DNA of 64,000 bases, taken from an uncultured Candidatus Saccharibacteria bacterium. GTDB lineage: Bacteria; Patescibacteriota; Minisyncoccia; Phycocordibacterales; Phycocordibacteraceae. The stretch lies in the NCBI GenBank assembly GCA_964607655.1, contig CAZSKX010000001.1, positions 363,010-427,009 on the forward strand. The letters are read 5' to 3'. The notes under the pieces were generated by a model. The model did no database searches, had not been told where the DNA came from, and saw nothing but the letters and a program-made list of their open reading frames with translations. Made by a program: the position numbers and the translations under genes. Of this stretch, positions 47,357-57,264 are shown piece after piece (within the stretch, counting starts at the first letter, position 1; every line of letters starts with the position of its first letter).

Positions 47357-47747
47357 TGAGGAAAGTGATGGTCAGCTGCAGGACGGTGGCGAAGGAGACC
47401 CAGAGGAGATACGGGATCTGCGCATACGCGACCCATTTCTCGTGGCGGTAGATCGCCTTCATCCCCCAGAGGATCGTCAGGAGCACGAGGATGATATCGA
47501 CGGACGCGAGGAAATTATTCTGGAGACCGAACTGTATCGGAGTAAAGAGGAAGTTGAAGATGAGGTTCAATGCGAAAGGTAAGGCGACCCGCGACGAGAC
47601 GCGACCCTTGAGCCAGAGCCAGGCGACGCGGCCGTACGAGACGGCGATGATCGCATAGAGCAGCGTCCACGCTGGGCCGAAGAGCCAAGCGGGCGGGGCC
47701 CAGGTCGGCTTAATAAGTGTCGAGTACCAGTTGTAGGTGTTGTTCAT
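47349..47747 (-). CDS. tspO: TspO/MBR tryptophan-rich sensory protein
   Basis: WYSTLIKPTWAPPAWLFGPAWTLLY and five TM helices, which match the TspO family closely. Confidence 0.8.
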   Translation of the reverse strand: MNNTYNWYSTLIKPTWAPPAWLFGPAWTLLYAIIAVSYGRVAWLWLKGRVSSRVALPFALNLIFNFLFTPIQFGLQNNFLASVDIILVLLTILWGMKAIYRHEKWVAYAQIPYLLWVSFATVLQLTITFLNA

Positions 47748-47884
47748 AGTTGGAGTGATAGATGAATTGTAGCATCGCGGCGATCTCTTACCCTGAGCGC
47801 CTACCCTTCTCGAGAAGGCGTAGCGCCCCAGAAACAATTGATGTACATTCGCTAATAGAACGAACATCAATTGGAGGACCTAAC

Positions 47885-48448
47885 GTGAGTGAGATAGATG
47901 AAGAACGTCGGAAGAGGATGGCCGCGAACTCCGCCGCCCATCTCGCCAACGGGACCTGGCCCCAGGTACTCGCGGTATTCGGCTACGACAACCCGCGAGC
48001 ACCCCGAGTCCACCCCGAGACCTACCAGAGGCTCCAAGACGTGTTTCAGGCGGCGGGCTGCGCGCAGATTGCAGCCTTCGCTGGACTCGTCTCGATAGAG
48101 GAACGCGCACGCGGCGTGACCATGTCGTTCAACTTCAGCCTCTGCAAACGGCGCCGCCCCGGCAACCTCGAAGACAGCGAGGAGAGCCAGATGGACCATC
48201 TGGCGACCCCGGACATGCTCATCGGCACACGCAAGGGCGTCGAAGGAGCAGCAGTCTGGCTCGAGACGTTCGCCGCTACGCTGGCGTCACAGCTGCCGCC
48301 TGAATCGATCCAGTTCATGGACAAGATCTTCGGCGAGGCAGTCGCGTGCATGCGCGCACAGTCACAGCAACTCTCCTTCGGAGACCTGGTCGACATCGCT
48401 GCTGGTCACAAGACCTTCGACGGAAGCACTGAACCCACCAAGCAATAG
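47885..48448 (+). CDS. Hypothetical protein
   Basis: GTG start behind SD GGAGGA; terminator at 48471-48500. Confidence 0.4.
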   Translation: MSEIDEERRKRMAANSAAHLANGTWPQVLAVFGYDNPRAPRVHPETYQRLQDVFQAAGCAQIAAFAGLVSIEERARGVTMSFNFSLCKRRRPGNLEDSEESQMDHLATPDMLIGTRKGVEGAAVWLETFAATLASQLPPESIQFMDKIFGEAVACMRAQSQQLSFGDLVDIAAGHKTFDGSTEPTKQ

Positions 48449-48499
48449 AAAAAGGAGAAGGACGAACCCTGGCCGCTGCACACGTGCAGCGGCCTCTTC

Positions 48500-48802
48500 T
48501 TATATCTGGAGCGCGATGGTGATCGCGTCGCCCTCGGCGACACCCTCCTTCTTACGCACCGATGCCTTCAGCGGGAGGAGATAGCTGCCGCGTTTTGAAT
48601 CAGGAAATATCGAGGTCTTCCAACTTGTCTTACCCACGGTCGCAACGACCGGGACCGAGCCCCAGCCGATCCGTTTCTTCCCCTCCTGACCCTTCTTCAC
48701 CACCGCCGCACTCTTCTTGTCTAAGGTAATAAAATGCCACGCGGCGTTGCCCTGCCACTTCCACACCTCCGCTCTAAACTTCAAGATCATTGGGTGCGCC
48801 AT
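48500..48802 (-). CDS. DUF1905-domain protein
   Basis: MAHPMILKFRAEVWKWQGNAAWHFITL matches the DUF1905 pattern. Confidence 0.5.
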   Translation of the reverse strand: MAHPMILKFRAEVWKWQGNAAWHFITLDKKSAAVVKKGQEGKKRIGWGSVPVVATVGKTSWKTSIFPDSKRGSYLLPLKASVRKKEGVAEGDAITIALQI

Positions 48803-49580
48803 TACGCGAAGCCGGCCTGCGCAGGAGCGGGATAAACATGCTCGTCCGCCTTTTATATTGTGCAAATTCTGGATTCTCGACCATTTTCTGCTCGAGCAAT
48901 GGCACGCCGGAGACCTTAAGGATTAAGAACGTGATGGTGACCGGCCCGATGAGCGCGTAGAGGCCGAAGGGCGTCGAGAGCGCGACGAGCCAGATCCCCC
49001 ACCACTGCGTCACCTCGCCGAAATAGTTTGGATGGCGCGTATACGCCCAGAGCCCGCGCTGCATCAGGTGGCCCCTATTCGCCGGGTCCTTAATAAATCG
49101 CGCGAGCTGCGCGTCGCCCACCGCCTCGAAGCAGAAGCCGACGAGCCAGACCGCGAGACCCACGAGGTCAAGGATCCCGAGGACAGGACCTCGAGTGAGG
49201 TTGATCGCGAGGACGGGCGCGACGACGAGTAGGAGGAGCGCCCCTTGGAGCAGGTAGACCTGGAGGTACGAGCGGAGATAGAACCACCTCCCCCACTCCT
49301 CGCGCCACTTCGCATAGCGATAGTCCTCGCCCTTTCCTTTATTGCGCCTGTGGATATGCCAGGCGAGGCGGAGCCCCCAGACGGTGACAAGAAGCGTCAC
49401 CGCGAGCTGCCGCGGCTCGTAGACGCCCGAGAGATAGAGCGATGCCCAGGCCATAAGCACAAAGCCAAGACCCCAGGCGACGTCGGCAACATCATTACGC
49501 CGCGCGACGATCGAGACGATGTACCAGAAAGTCATATACGCGAGCAGAAGCAGCGCGAGTGAGAGAAGATCGGTAGCCAT
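48774..49580 (-). CDS. DUF1295/ICMT-like membrane methyltransferase-fold protein
   Basis: RHPNYFGE motif and ~7 TM helices. Confidence 0.55.
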   Translation of the reverse strand: MATDLLSLALLLLAYMTFWYIVSIVARRNDVADVAWGLGFVLMAWASLYLSGVYEPRQLAVTLLVTVWGLRLAWHIHRRNKGKGEDYRYAKWREEWGRWFYLRSYLQVYLLQGALLLLVVAPVLAINLTRGPVLGILDLVGLAVWLVGFCFEAVGDAQLARFIKDPANRGHLMQRGLWAYTRHPNYFGEVTQWWGIWLVALSTPFGLYALIGPVTITFLILKVSGVPLLEQKMVENPEFAQYKRRTSMFIPLLRRPASRNGAPNDLEV

Positions 49581-49588
49581 GGTGATGA

Positions 49589-50437
49589 TTATGCGATCGG
49601 ACAGGTCGAGCGGCCAAGCGCGGCGTAGAAGCCACACCAGGAGAACGCCGCTTCGAAGAAGCAGAAGCCCGATAAGAAGAGGAGGAGCGGGCTCCAGGTA
49701 GTGGTGACCGCCCAGACGAGGAGGCCGACCCCGAGCACGATGCGGAGTAGACGATCAGGCTTACCGATATTCTCGCCGAGGCCGCGCACGCTGCCCCGCG
49801 CGAAGCGCTTTAGAAGTGCGCGGTACGCGAAGCCGAAGATAATCGCGAGGAGGTACATCGCGATAAGGAGTCCCGCACCGAAGGGCGAGAAGATAAAGTC
49901 TGCCGGCGACTTCTGGAAGAAGTCGCGTTTTAGCTGAGGGATGAGCGTGAGTGCATTCCAAGTCTCTTTAGCGTCAAAGAGTTCCTCTTCGCCGATCGCG
50001 AGCGAGTAGGCGCTGTCGTTATTACTGCTCCACACCCGAATCTCGTAGCTCCCGGGCGCGCCCTCTGCCTTATACTCAGGACCTTCCCAATAGGTGTCGT
50101 TACCAAACGGCTCGTCAAATTGGGTCCACTCAAAGCCGGCCCCATCGAGAAGCGCGAGCTCTACGCCGTCTCGTAAGACGACCGCTGAGACATCCTTCTT
50201 CTGCCCCGGCCGGTCAGGGACGAGGACACCGACATAGAGCGGAAAGCTCGTCGTCGCGACGAATGAGAAGGTGTGCGGCTCGCCAGAGAGGGTCCCGTAG
50301 TAGGCCTTCGACACCGCGGGCGCGACGACCGTGGTCTCACGGCTCTCGACGAGCCTCGGCTGGTGAGCAGAGACAATGCCTGGTAGGAGGATAAGTGCAG
50401 ATAAGAATCCAATCGATGTGAAAAATGTGGGACGCAT
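49589..50437 (-). CDS. Secreted protein with C-terminal TM pair (DUF2892-like CP motif)
   Basis: Signal peptide, ~180-aa soluble domain, then two TM helices and a GRSTCP tail. Confidence 0.4.
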   Translation of the reverse strand: MRPTFFTSIGFLSALILLPGIVSAHQPRLVESRETTVVAPAVSKAYYGTLSGEPHTFSFVATTSFPLYVGVLVPDRPGQKKDVSAVVLRDGVELALLDGAGFEWTQFDEPFGNDTYWEGPEYKAEGAPGSYEIRVWSSNNDSAYSLAIGEEELFDAKETWNALTLIPQLKRDFFQKSPADFIFSPFGAGLLIAMYLLAIIFGFAYRALLKRFARGSVRGLGENIGKPDRLLRIVLGVGLLVWAVTTTWSPLLLFLSGFCFFEAAFSWCGFYAALGRSTCPIA

Positions 50438-50513
50438 ATTCGTAGTATCGCACGATGCGGCGGAAAAAAAGAAATCCCCGCGCGGTGGCTACACCATCGC
50501 GCGGGGAATCATG

Positions 50514-50984
50514 TCAGGAATTCAAGACGCGTTTCTGTCGAACCGGCCTTGCATCCTCTTCTCCGCTCTCTTCGTCCTCGTCGCCCTCGTCGTCATCTTC
50601 GTCCGACGGGCACGGATACCAGACCACCTGCCAGGCAGCTCGCACATCCACGTCGCCCTGGCAGCCAGACTCGCGAACGAACAGAATTCGGAGCGCAGTA
50701 TCCGCACAGCCTTCGAGCAGGTAGGCCTCCTGCTGGAGCCTGTTGATCTCCATCAGAATCGACCCGTCAGGATCATCCTGCGACTCATAGGCCTTGGCCA
50801 TGTCGATCATCTTCTGCGCCTTGTCTCGCGCGAGAGTGTAGTACTGACGAATGTAGATCGGCGCCACGCCAACAACCGTCTCACCCTCCTTGACCGCCTC
50901 TGTCAAAAAGAGCGGCAGGTCGGGTGGAGCTTCGATCTTTTCGGCCTCTTCGATCAACGCTCGTACGATATTGCTCATGGACAT
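50514..50984 (-). CDS. Hypothetical acidic protein
   Basis: 156 aa with a D/E-rich tail; chosen over the overlapping plus-strand ORF 50376..51335, whose R/S-rich composition is typical of a wrong frame. Confidence 0.35.
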   Translation of the reverse strand: MSMSNIVRALIEEAEKIEAPPDLPLFLTEAVKEGETVVGVAPIYIRQYYTLARDKAQKMIDMAKAYESQDDPDGSILMEINRLQQEAYLLEGCADTALRILFVRESGCQGDVDVRAAWQVVWYPCPSDEDDDEGDEDEESGEEDARPVRQKRVLNS

Positions 50985-51085
50985 ATCCTGTCTCCTTTGA
51001 AGAACATCCCGCTTCCGCCACTATCTGCACCTATACTAGGCCGTCCACTCGCCGAGCGCAAACGGCTCTATCTCTTCTGCGTCAG

Positions 51086-52006
51086 TTACCGTTCTGCCGA
51101 TACGGGCATAGTTCGGATAGCGGCGAGGAGCTCATCGAGAAAGAGCCGAGGGTTGTCTCGCCACTCGCCGCTGAATACTCGCATCGCGAAATCGGCATAC
51201 GCCGGGTCACGATCCTCTCCGACGCGCGCCGCCTCGGCACGCAGCGCGTCGACTTCAGACTCGACGATGTCGGGCAGTTTATCGATCGCGTTGGCGATCA
51301 CCATTAGCCCGACGAGACGCTCGTATTCGCGCTGAAGCGCGTCAGGATCTTCGGGTGGCGGGTTCGCGAGAAGCTCACTGATCTCTCGTCGCACGGGGTT
51401 AGGGCGATCGCCACCCTCACCAAACGTTGCCGAGAGTTCTGCTCGACCCTCCGGCATCGAGAGGAGCACGGAGACGGGCGCATTCCCCTGCTTGGCAATC
51501 AGAAAGAGTACGGGCCAGAGCTCAGAGCGGATTAGACGCGGGTCGGTGTAGCGCTCGCGGAGCGGCACCTCGACAAACGGTGTCGTCACGGCCTCAGCGT
51601 GCGTGGCTCGATATGCCTCAGCTGCATGAAAAAGGTCATGGATCGGGAACATGCGCTGCTTATTTGCAAATAGCCGCTGCTCGAACTTCTCTTCTTCTTT
51701 CTCGGTCTGCGGCAGCGGCTCGTGCTCGAGAGCCCGCGCGATTAGCTCCGCGCCAGCATGTACTGAAAACTCTTCGATCTCGGCCCACTCCGCGTCGGTT
51801 ATCTGTTCGGCGTCCAGATTAAGCGCGCGAGCAACCTCGTTTCGGACGAGAGGTATCGGACCTGTCTCGAGCGGCGATCGCTCGACGCGACTCGCATCGC
51901 TCGTGATCGCGAACGTCTGCCCAGCATAGTCCTCGACTGCTGCTGCCACACGCCCCGCCACCGTCTCCGGCTGATAGCGCTTCGCGCCTTCGCTCATATG
52001 CCTCAA
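51086..52006 (-). CDS. Hypothetical protein
   Basis: 306-aa ORF with no motif. Confidence 0.35.
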   Translation of the reverse strand: MRHMSEGAKRYQPETVAGRVAAAVEDYAGQTFAITSDASRVERSPLETGPIPLVRNEVARALNLDAEQITDAEWAEIEEFSVHAGAELIARALEHEPLPQTEKEEEKFEQRLFANKQRMFPIHDLFHAAEAYRATHAEAVTTPFVEVPLRERYTDPRLIRSELWPVLFLIAKQGNAPVSVLLSMPEGRAELSATFGEGGDRPNPVRREISELLANPPPEDPDALQREYERLVGLMVIANAIDKLPDIVESEVDALRAEAARVGEDRDPAYADFAMRVFSGEWRDNPRLFLDELLAAIRTMPVSAER

Positions 52007-52198
52007 GTGTAGCAGAATGCGGGTTTTCTATCGGGTGCGGAGGGGGGAGATTCGGTCAGGCGTAAATTTCTGCTGAAATTTCGCACGACCCTGGCTCGGC
52101 GCGCCCGCCTCCGCCTTTCGAATCTCCCCTTTTGCTATGCAAAACGCCGCCTTGCGGCGGCGCTCCCGCAACATAAGTTGCGTGTACTCCTTATGTTG

Positions 52199-52285
52199 CG
52201 GAGAGGGGGAGATTCGAACTCCCGATAGGCTTTCGCCTATGCCGGTTTTCGAAACCGGTGCCTTCAACCACTCAGCCACCTCTCC
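52199..52285 (-). tRNA. tRNA-Ser (CGA), long variable arm
   Basis: Acceptor GGAGAGG/CCTCTCC, anticodon loop TTCGAAA, long variable arm and T-arm GGGAG-TTCGAAT-CTCCC. ORF 52028..52279 is this tRNA read as protein. Confidence 0.8.
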
Positions 52286-52312
52286 GTGCGCCCCATCGTA
52301 CCACTTCTCTCC

Positions 52313-53272
52313 TTAGATGACGAGAAATAGAACGTAGGCGACGTACGCGAGAAGGAATGCCCCTCCCTGCCAACGATCGAGTTGGTGCCGCTTGCCGATA
52401 AATAGTGCGAGAAAGAGTGCCAGCGTCGCGAGCACCATCACGAGCGCATCGCGCGCGAAGCCTTCAGGTGAAGGGAGTGGCGTGATCACTGCCGTGAGAC
52501 CCAAGATCCACAACACGTTAAAGATATTTGATCCAACCACATTCCCTATCGCAATATCCACTTCGCGGCGCCACGCGGCTATCACCGAGGTGGCGAGCTC
52601 GGGGAGCGAGGTACCGACCGCCACTACCGTAAGCCCGATCAGCGCCTCGGACAAGCCGGCGAGCCGCGCGAGCACAATAGCACTGTCGACCAAGAGTTTG
52701 CCGCCTAAGACGAGACCACCAAGCCCAAGCAGCGTCAGACCGACCGCTTTCCACCTATCATACGTAGGAGCGTCATCGCTCACCGGCGGCGGATCAGCCT
52801 TAACAAGGGCGAAGATATAAAACATAAAGACGATGAAGAACGCGAGGAGCGCCACACCATCACTGCGCGTAAGGGCGTCGAATATACCCGCGTCAACACG
52901 CACGTCTTGACCAAAGACAAATACCAAAATCGCTGCCAGGAGCGCGAGTGGGATTTCCCAGCGCACGGTGCTCGACTTAACCGCGAGCGGGAAGATGAGC
53001 GCCGAGACGCCAAGAATAAGCAGGATGTTGGCGATATTTGAACCGACGACGTTACCGATCGCAAGGTCAGTCGAGCCGGTGACCGCCGCGTACAAGTTGA
53101 CCGTGAGCTCGGGCATCGAGGTACCAAAGGCTACCACCGTAAGGCCGATAACGAGCGGCGAGATGCCGAGCCTGCGCGCGATCGACGACGCACCACGCAC
53201 GAGCGCATCTGCTCCCCATACCAATAACCCAAGCCCTGCGATAAGTAACACGAGTGTTATCAAAATATCCAT
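52313..53272 (-). CDS. Na+/Ca2+ exchanger (CaCA family, YrbG-like)
   Basis: Two alpha-repeat regions (GNVVGSNIANILLILG; GNVVGSNIFNVLWILG). Confidence 0.8.
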   Translation of the reverse strand: MDILITLVLLIAGLGLLVWGADALVRGASSIARRLGISPLVIGLTVVAFGTSMPELTVNLYAAVTGSTDLAIGNVVGSNIANILLILGVSALIFPLAVKSSTVRWEIPLALLAAILVFVFGQDVRVDAGIFDALTRSDGVALLAFFIVFMFYIFALVKADPPPVSDDAPTYDRWKAVGLTLLGLGGLVLGGKLLVDSAIVLARLAGLSEALIGLTVVAVGTSLPELATSVIAAWRREVDIAIGNVVGSNIFNVLWILGLTAVITPLPSPEGFARDALVMVLATLALFLALFIGKRHQLDRWQGGAFLLAYVAYVLFLVI

Positions 53273-53348
53273 ATCGCTCTACTATACCTAGTCGCGGGCT
53301 ATTTTTAAATCTTATCCAGCCATCGAACCCCTGAGCTGCCTAAGGTTC

Positions 53349-54896
53349 GTGGCAAGAGATGGTAGATTAAGGAAAATGATGAACGGCACGGGCATCCTGT
53401 ATCTGGTGACTTTCGTAGCGAACGCCGCGATACTCGTTTTTGAGATCGCGGGCGCTCGCCTCCTGGCCCCGTTCTTTGGCACCTCGGTTGAGGTATGGTC
53501 GGGGACCATAGCGGTCGTGCTCGGCGGTATGGCGATCGGGTATTGGGCGGGCGGGATCATCGCTGATCGCTATCCCGACAAGGGCGTTCTCGGGACAATC
53601 CTTTTCGGCGCAGGTCTCGCAGCTCTCTTGGCCTGGGGCCTGCGCGACTTCATTCCCGCACTATTCTCAGAGATGCACGTCTTTAGTCTCACCTGGGCTA
53701 CCGTAGGAGCAGCTCTCCTGCTCTTCGCGCCGATGACGATAATCCTCGCGGCCGTCTCCCCGTTTATCGCAAAGTTTCTCCTCACGACACTCGACTCGTC
53801 TGCAAAGACTGTCGGGCGAATCAACGCTGTCGGGACCGCGGGGAGCATCACGGGCGCACTGCTCTCTGGCCTGCTGCTCATACCACGCTTCAGTCTCTCG
53901 AACATATTTCTCGGGATCGCGCTCGTTCTTCTCGCGCTCGCATTAATGATAAGTAGCGCACGATTCTCCAAAAAGATGGGCATGCTTGTCGCCATCTTTG
54001 GGCTCTCAGCGTTTATTTCTACGGCAACAAGCGCAGACCTCGGCGCCCTCGTACGCGCAGACATCGGTACGCCCTATAATCGCATCTGGATACTCGAGCA
54101 CCAGATGGAGAGCCACACCCTGCGTATGGTACAGACCGATCCGTTTGGCACCCAGTGTGCCATGCGCATACTGCCAGATAACACTGTTGATGAATCGCGG
54201 ATCGAGTTCACCTATTTAAAAGGATTTGATGCTATCGCACGGGTTACTCACGACGAGACGACCTCTCTCCACGCACTCTTTCTCGGCGGTTGTAATTATT
54301 CTTATCCACGCACCTTCCTCAGCCATTTTAAAAATGCGTCCGGCACCGTAGTCGAGATCGATCCGGGCATGACGAGAGCGGCCGAAGAATATTTCGGTTT
54401 TGTTCCTAGCCGTTTCCCTTCGCTACAGGTGGTGCACGAGGACGCTCGACGATATGCCGCTCGCGCAACCGCTGCCTATGACCTCATATTTATGGACACC
54501 TTTGGCTCGTCTTCGAACATACCCTTCCACCTAACCACGCAAGAGAATTTTTTGGCTTTAAAACATCGCCTGCGAGGTGACGGACTGTTGATCATTAACA
54601 TGATCGGCCCGCACGCTGGACCTTCTTCGGCGTTTGCCGCGTCGATGATCAAAACGGTCTCAACCATTTTCCCTCACACAGCTCTCTACTCCTTTAATCA
54701 GCAAGCGCCGTCTGCTCTTCAAAATTTACTAATTGTAGCGAGCGTCTCGAGAGAACTTCCCGATTCTTTCTCCACCCGAACCTACCCCGACCTCTCTCTC
54801 ACGAAAGCCGACATCTCAGAACTCGCTCCTAGTCTCGTACTTACGGACGACTATGCGCCAGTCGAGTATTTAACCCGTACCAATCGAGCGTTATAG
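53349..54896 (+). CDS. Fused membrane domain + spermidine-synthase-like methyltransferase-fold protein
   Basis: ~8 N-terminal TM helices, then a C-terminal spermidine-synthase-like domain (DLIFMDTFGS). The true start may be the ATG at 53376. Confidence 0.6.
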   Translation: MARDGRLRKMMNGTGILYLVTFVANAAILVFEIAGARLLAPFFGTSVEVWSGTIAVVLGGMAIGYWAGGIIADRYPDKGVLGTILFGAGLAALLAWGLRDFIPALFSEMHVFSLTWATVGAALLLFAPMTIILAAVSPFIAKFLLTTLDSSAKTVGRINAVGTAGSITGALLSGLLLIPRFSLSNIFLGIALVLLALALMISSARFSKKMGMLVAIFGLSAFISTATSADLGALVRADIGTPYNRIWILEHQMESHTLRMVQTDPFGTQCAMRILPDNTVDESRIEFTYLKGFDAIARVTHDETTSLHALFLGGCNYSYPRTFLSHFKNASGTVVEIDPGMTRAAEEYFGFVPSRFPSLQVVHEDARRYAARATAAYDLIFMDTFGSSSNIPFHLTTQENFLALKHRLRGDGLLIINMIGPHAGPSSAFAASMIKTVSTIFPHTALYSFNQQAPSALQNLLIVASVSRELPDSFSTRTYPDLSLTKADISELAPSLVLTDDYAPVEYLTRTNRAL

Positions 54897-54934
54897 TTTG
54901 CTACCTGCATAAAAAACTGTTAATTTCATCTTAC

Positions 54935-55006
54935 GGCCCCATCGTCTAACGGCTAGGACAGCGCCCTTTCACGGCGTAAATCGGGGTTCGATTCCCCGTG
55001 GGGTCA
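54935..55006 (+). tRNA. tRNA-Glu (TTC)
   Basis: Acceptor GGCCCCA/TGGGGTC, D-arm TCTAACGGCTAGGA, anticodon loop CTTTCAC and T-arm CGGGG-TTCGATT-CCCCG. Confidence 0.8.
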
Positions 55007-55325
55007 CAACGCACTGCATGGAGCCACCGCAAGGTGGCTTTGTGCGTTGTGACCCCAAGCAAAGCGTGGGACGCTTTGCGTCGGGGAATCGAAGACCTTG
55101 TGAGCAGATTTTGTGAATGCTTGGAACAAAATCTCCACAAGGTGTACAGATCCTGTAAGGATCGATAGCGTACTCGCGTTCCCCGTGGCAGAAAATTATG
55201 TGTGATTCGATTCCCCTCCAGTATAAAAACAAAACACTCACCCGTATCTCGACCAGAGGTCGAGTATACGAATGAGTGTTGAACGAACCTGACGGCCTTC
55301 GCACAAGCCGGTTGTTGCTCGGACT

Positions 55326-56726
55326 CTAGTTCCGAGCGTACGGCCTGCAGATGGCAGCTTTGATCTCGCTGAAGATCACCACCGGCGTCTTCGGCAGCTG
55401 CGTGAGCGGTTTGAAAACCGGCTGCGCATTGTCACAGACGACGTCCTTGAGCCGTGCTTCGAGCTCGCTCAGGGCAGCCTCCTGATACTTGGCCTCCTTC
55501 TGCTCGGCAGCGAAACGCCAGGCATCCAGCCTCTTGGCGATCCTTTCTTCGACGCGATCGAACCACTGCCCGATCTTCTCGCCGCGACCCTTGAAAACCC
55601 GGCCGAGGAAGTTCACTGTCGCGGCCAGCGCCACAACCAGAACCACACCCGCCGCGATGATGGCAGCGAGGTGCAAGACTATGGTGACGCCAGCGGTGAA
55701 GGCGTTCCACAGCGTCGGCTCGACGCCGATCTTGATGCAGTGCACGAGCCCCATCACAGTGAACAGGGCCCAGGTGATCGGCATCAGGAACAACGCCGGC
55801 ACGGTGAGCCAGTGGATCTGATGCACCCCAGCGAACTCGGAGGAGTCGTAGGGGTCCTGCTTCCACCGGAACGCCAGCCCGCACGCGATCTTGTCGAGAC
55901 GCCGGCCTTTCAGGGGCACCACACGGACGTCACCCTCCATGAAGGGATGGAACACGGGCTTCCAGTTGATCCCCTTCATTGCGAAGAGCGTCGTCGAGCC
56001 GAGCGCGATGGCTCCCCTGACGAGCGTGTTGATCGTGGCGACGAGCACGATCCCGAACGGCTTGAGGAAGAGTGCAATGAGCACCCTCCTCCGGAGGTGA
56101 CACTCGTCGTCGAGACGAAGCTCACCACCATTCGGAAACATGAGCCACCAAGAGAGCCAAGCCGGCGGAGGTGAGGCGAAGAGGCCGCCTTCGATGACGA
56201 CCGCCTGCTTCGCCAGACCGAGACCGGGTACGCTGTCCTTGTCGAGACTCAGCTGACGCCGAGCCTCTTCCTCGTCGAAGGCTTTACCCTCCTTCTCAGC
56301 CAGGTACTCCAGCTCGCCCAGCTGTCCGATGACGTCGAACACGTCGTTCTCGTACCGCGCGCTCCTCGCCCCGCTCGTGCGGTCGAGGTAGTATGCTCGT
56401 AGCCTCGAGTATTTCCCGCCCCACACCACCCTCGCGTGGAGAGTGTGCAGTCCAGGCCGATGGAACGCGATCCTCGCTTGCAGCTGATGCAGCGGCACGA
56501 GCTGTCGCATGCCGGCAACCTCCTTCCCATCCTTGTCGGTGACGCAGATGAGCAGGTAGGGGTTGACCGCGCGCGCGTCCTCGAGACGCCGGACCAGGTC
56601 CCGCGAGACGCACCATTGGATAGCCAGATTGGGTTCCTGGACGCTCCGCTGGGGGATGACGATCTTGATCAGACCTTCTCCCTCGACGTCGTCCATCACG
56701 GTTCCACGATGGTTCTTTTCGATCAT
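55326..56726 (-). CDS. Hypothetical large membrane protein (soluble N-domain + polytopic core + coiled-coil tail)
   Basis: SD AAAGGAGG upstream of the ATG; 466 aa; no recognisable family. Confidence 0.5.
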   Translation of the reverse strand: MIEKNHRGTVMDDVEGEGLIKIVIPQRSVQEPNLAIQWCVSRDLVRRLEDARAVNPYLLICVTDKDGKEVAGMRQLVPLHQLQARIAFHRPGLHTLHARVVWGGKYSRLRAYYLDRTSGARSARYENDVFDVIGQLGELEYLAEKEGKAFDEEEARRQLSLDKDSVPGLGLAKQAVVIEGGLFASPPPAWLSWWLMFPNGGELRLDDECHLRRRVLIALFLKPFGIVLVATINTLVRGAIALGSTTLFAMKGINWKPVFHPFMEGDVRVVPLKGRRLDKIACGLAFRWKQDPYDSSEFAGVHQIHWLTVPALFLMPITWALFTVMGLVHCIKIGVEPTLWNAFTAGVTIVLHLAAIIAAGVVLVVALAATVNFLGRVFKGRGEKIGQWFDRVEERIAKRLDAWRFAAEQKEAKYQEAALSELEARLKDVVCDNAQPVFKPLTQLPKTPVVIFSEIKAAICRPYARN

Positions 56727-56919
56727 GGGCGTATAGCCTCCTTTGCGTTTTTGGATGTCAATCCGTCAGTTGGGGCGAAAACCTCAGTATTAAGGTAGTG
56801 TCCCGTCTACCCTAGATAATAACCCACAATATTCTTCTGTCAAGCTGTGCCACTTGGGTGACTCTAGCTCTCACCACCACTGATGGTGCTGTAACCACAC
56901 CACCACAAGAGACGTTATA

Positions 56920-57228
56920 TTGTGTATGCACCTCAACCCATTCGCGAACGCCATAATCGCAGCGGGATATATTTGGGGAGTTGTATCACTGATCCAACTG
57001 ATCAGTCCTCCACCCGATACGCCTGACACCTGGCTGACCCCGATTATGGTGCTTTCGCTCCTCGTATTCTCAGTAGCGCTTATGGGCTTCCTCTTCTTTT
57101 ACCGCCCGGTAGTACTCCTGTTGGATAATAAAAAGGAGGAAGCCGCGACGCACTTTCTAAAAACTCTAGGGACCTTCGGCGTGCTGACTCTTATTGTGGT
57201 CGTTGATGCGACCCTGCTCTCTCCTTAA
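56920..57228 (+). CDS. Small membrane protein
   Basis: 102 aa with three hydrophobic helices. Confidence 0.35.
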   Translation: MCMHLNPFANAIIAAGYIWGVVSLIQLISPPPDTPDTWLTPIMVLSLLVFSVALMGFLFFYRPVVLLLDNKKEEAATHFLKTLGTFGVLTLIVVVDATLLSP

Positions 57229-57264
57229 TTGCATCCTCACCAGGGGGGCTAGTAAGATGGCCGT

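Noticed and set aside
50376-51335. 319-aa plus-strand ORF overlapping two minus-strand ORFs
   Set aside because: The composition is dominated by R/S/P/A and it is likely a GC-frame artefact. The minus-strand acidic protein (50514..50984) was preferred, but this region remains ambiguous without expression data.
52028-52279. 83-aa ORF (MAEWLKAPVSKTG...)
   Set aside because: It is the tRNA-Ser(CGA) gene and its flanking repeats read as protein. The first codons correspond exactly to the tRNA acceptor and D-arm.
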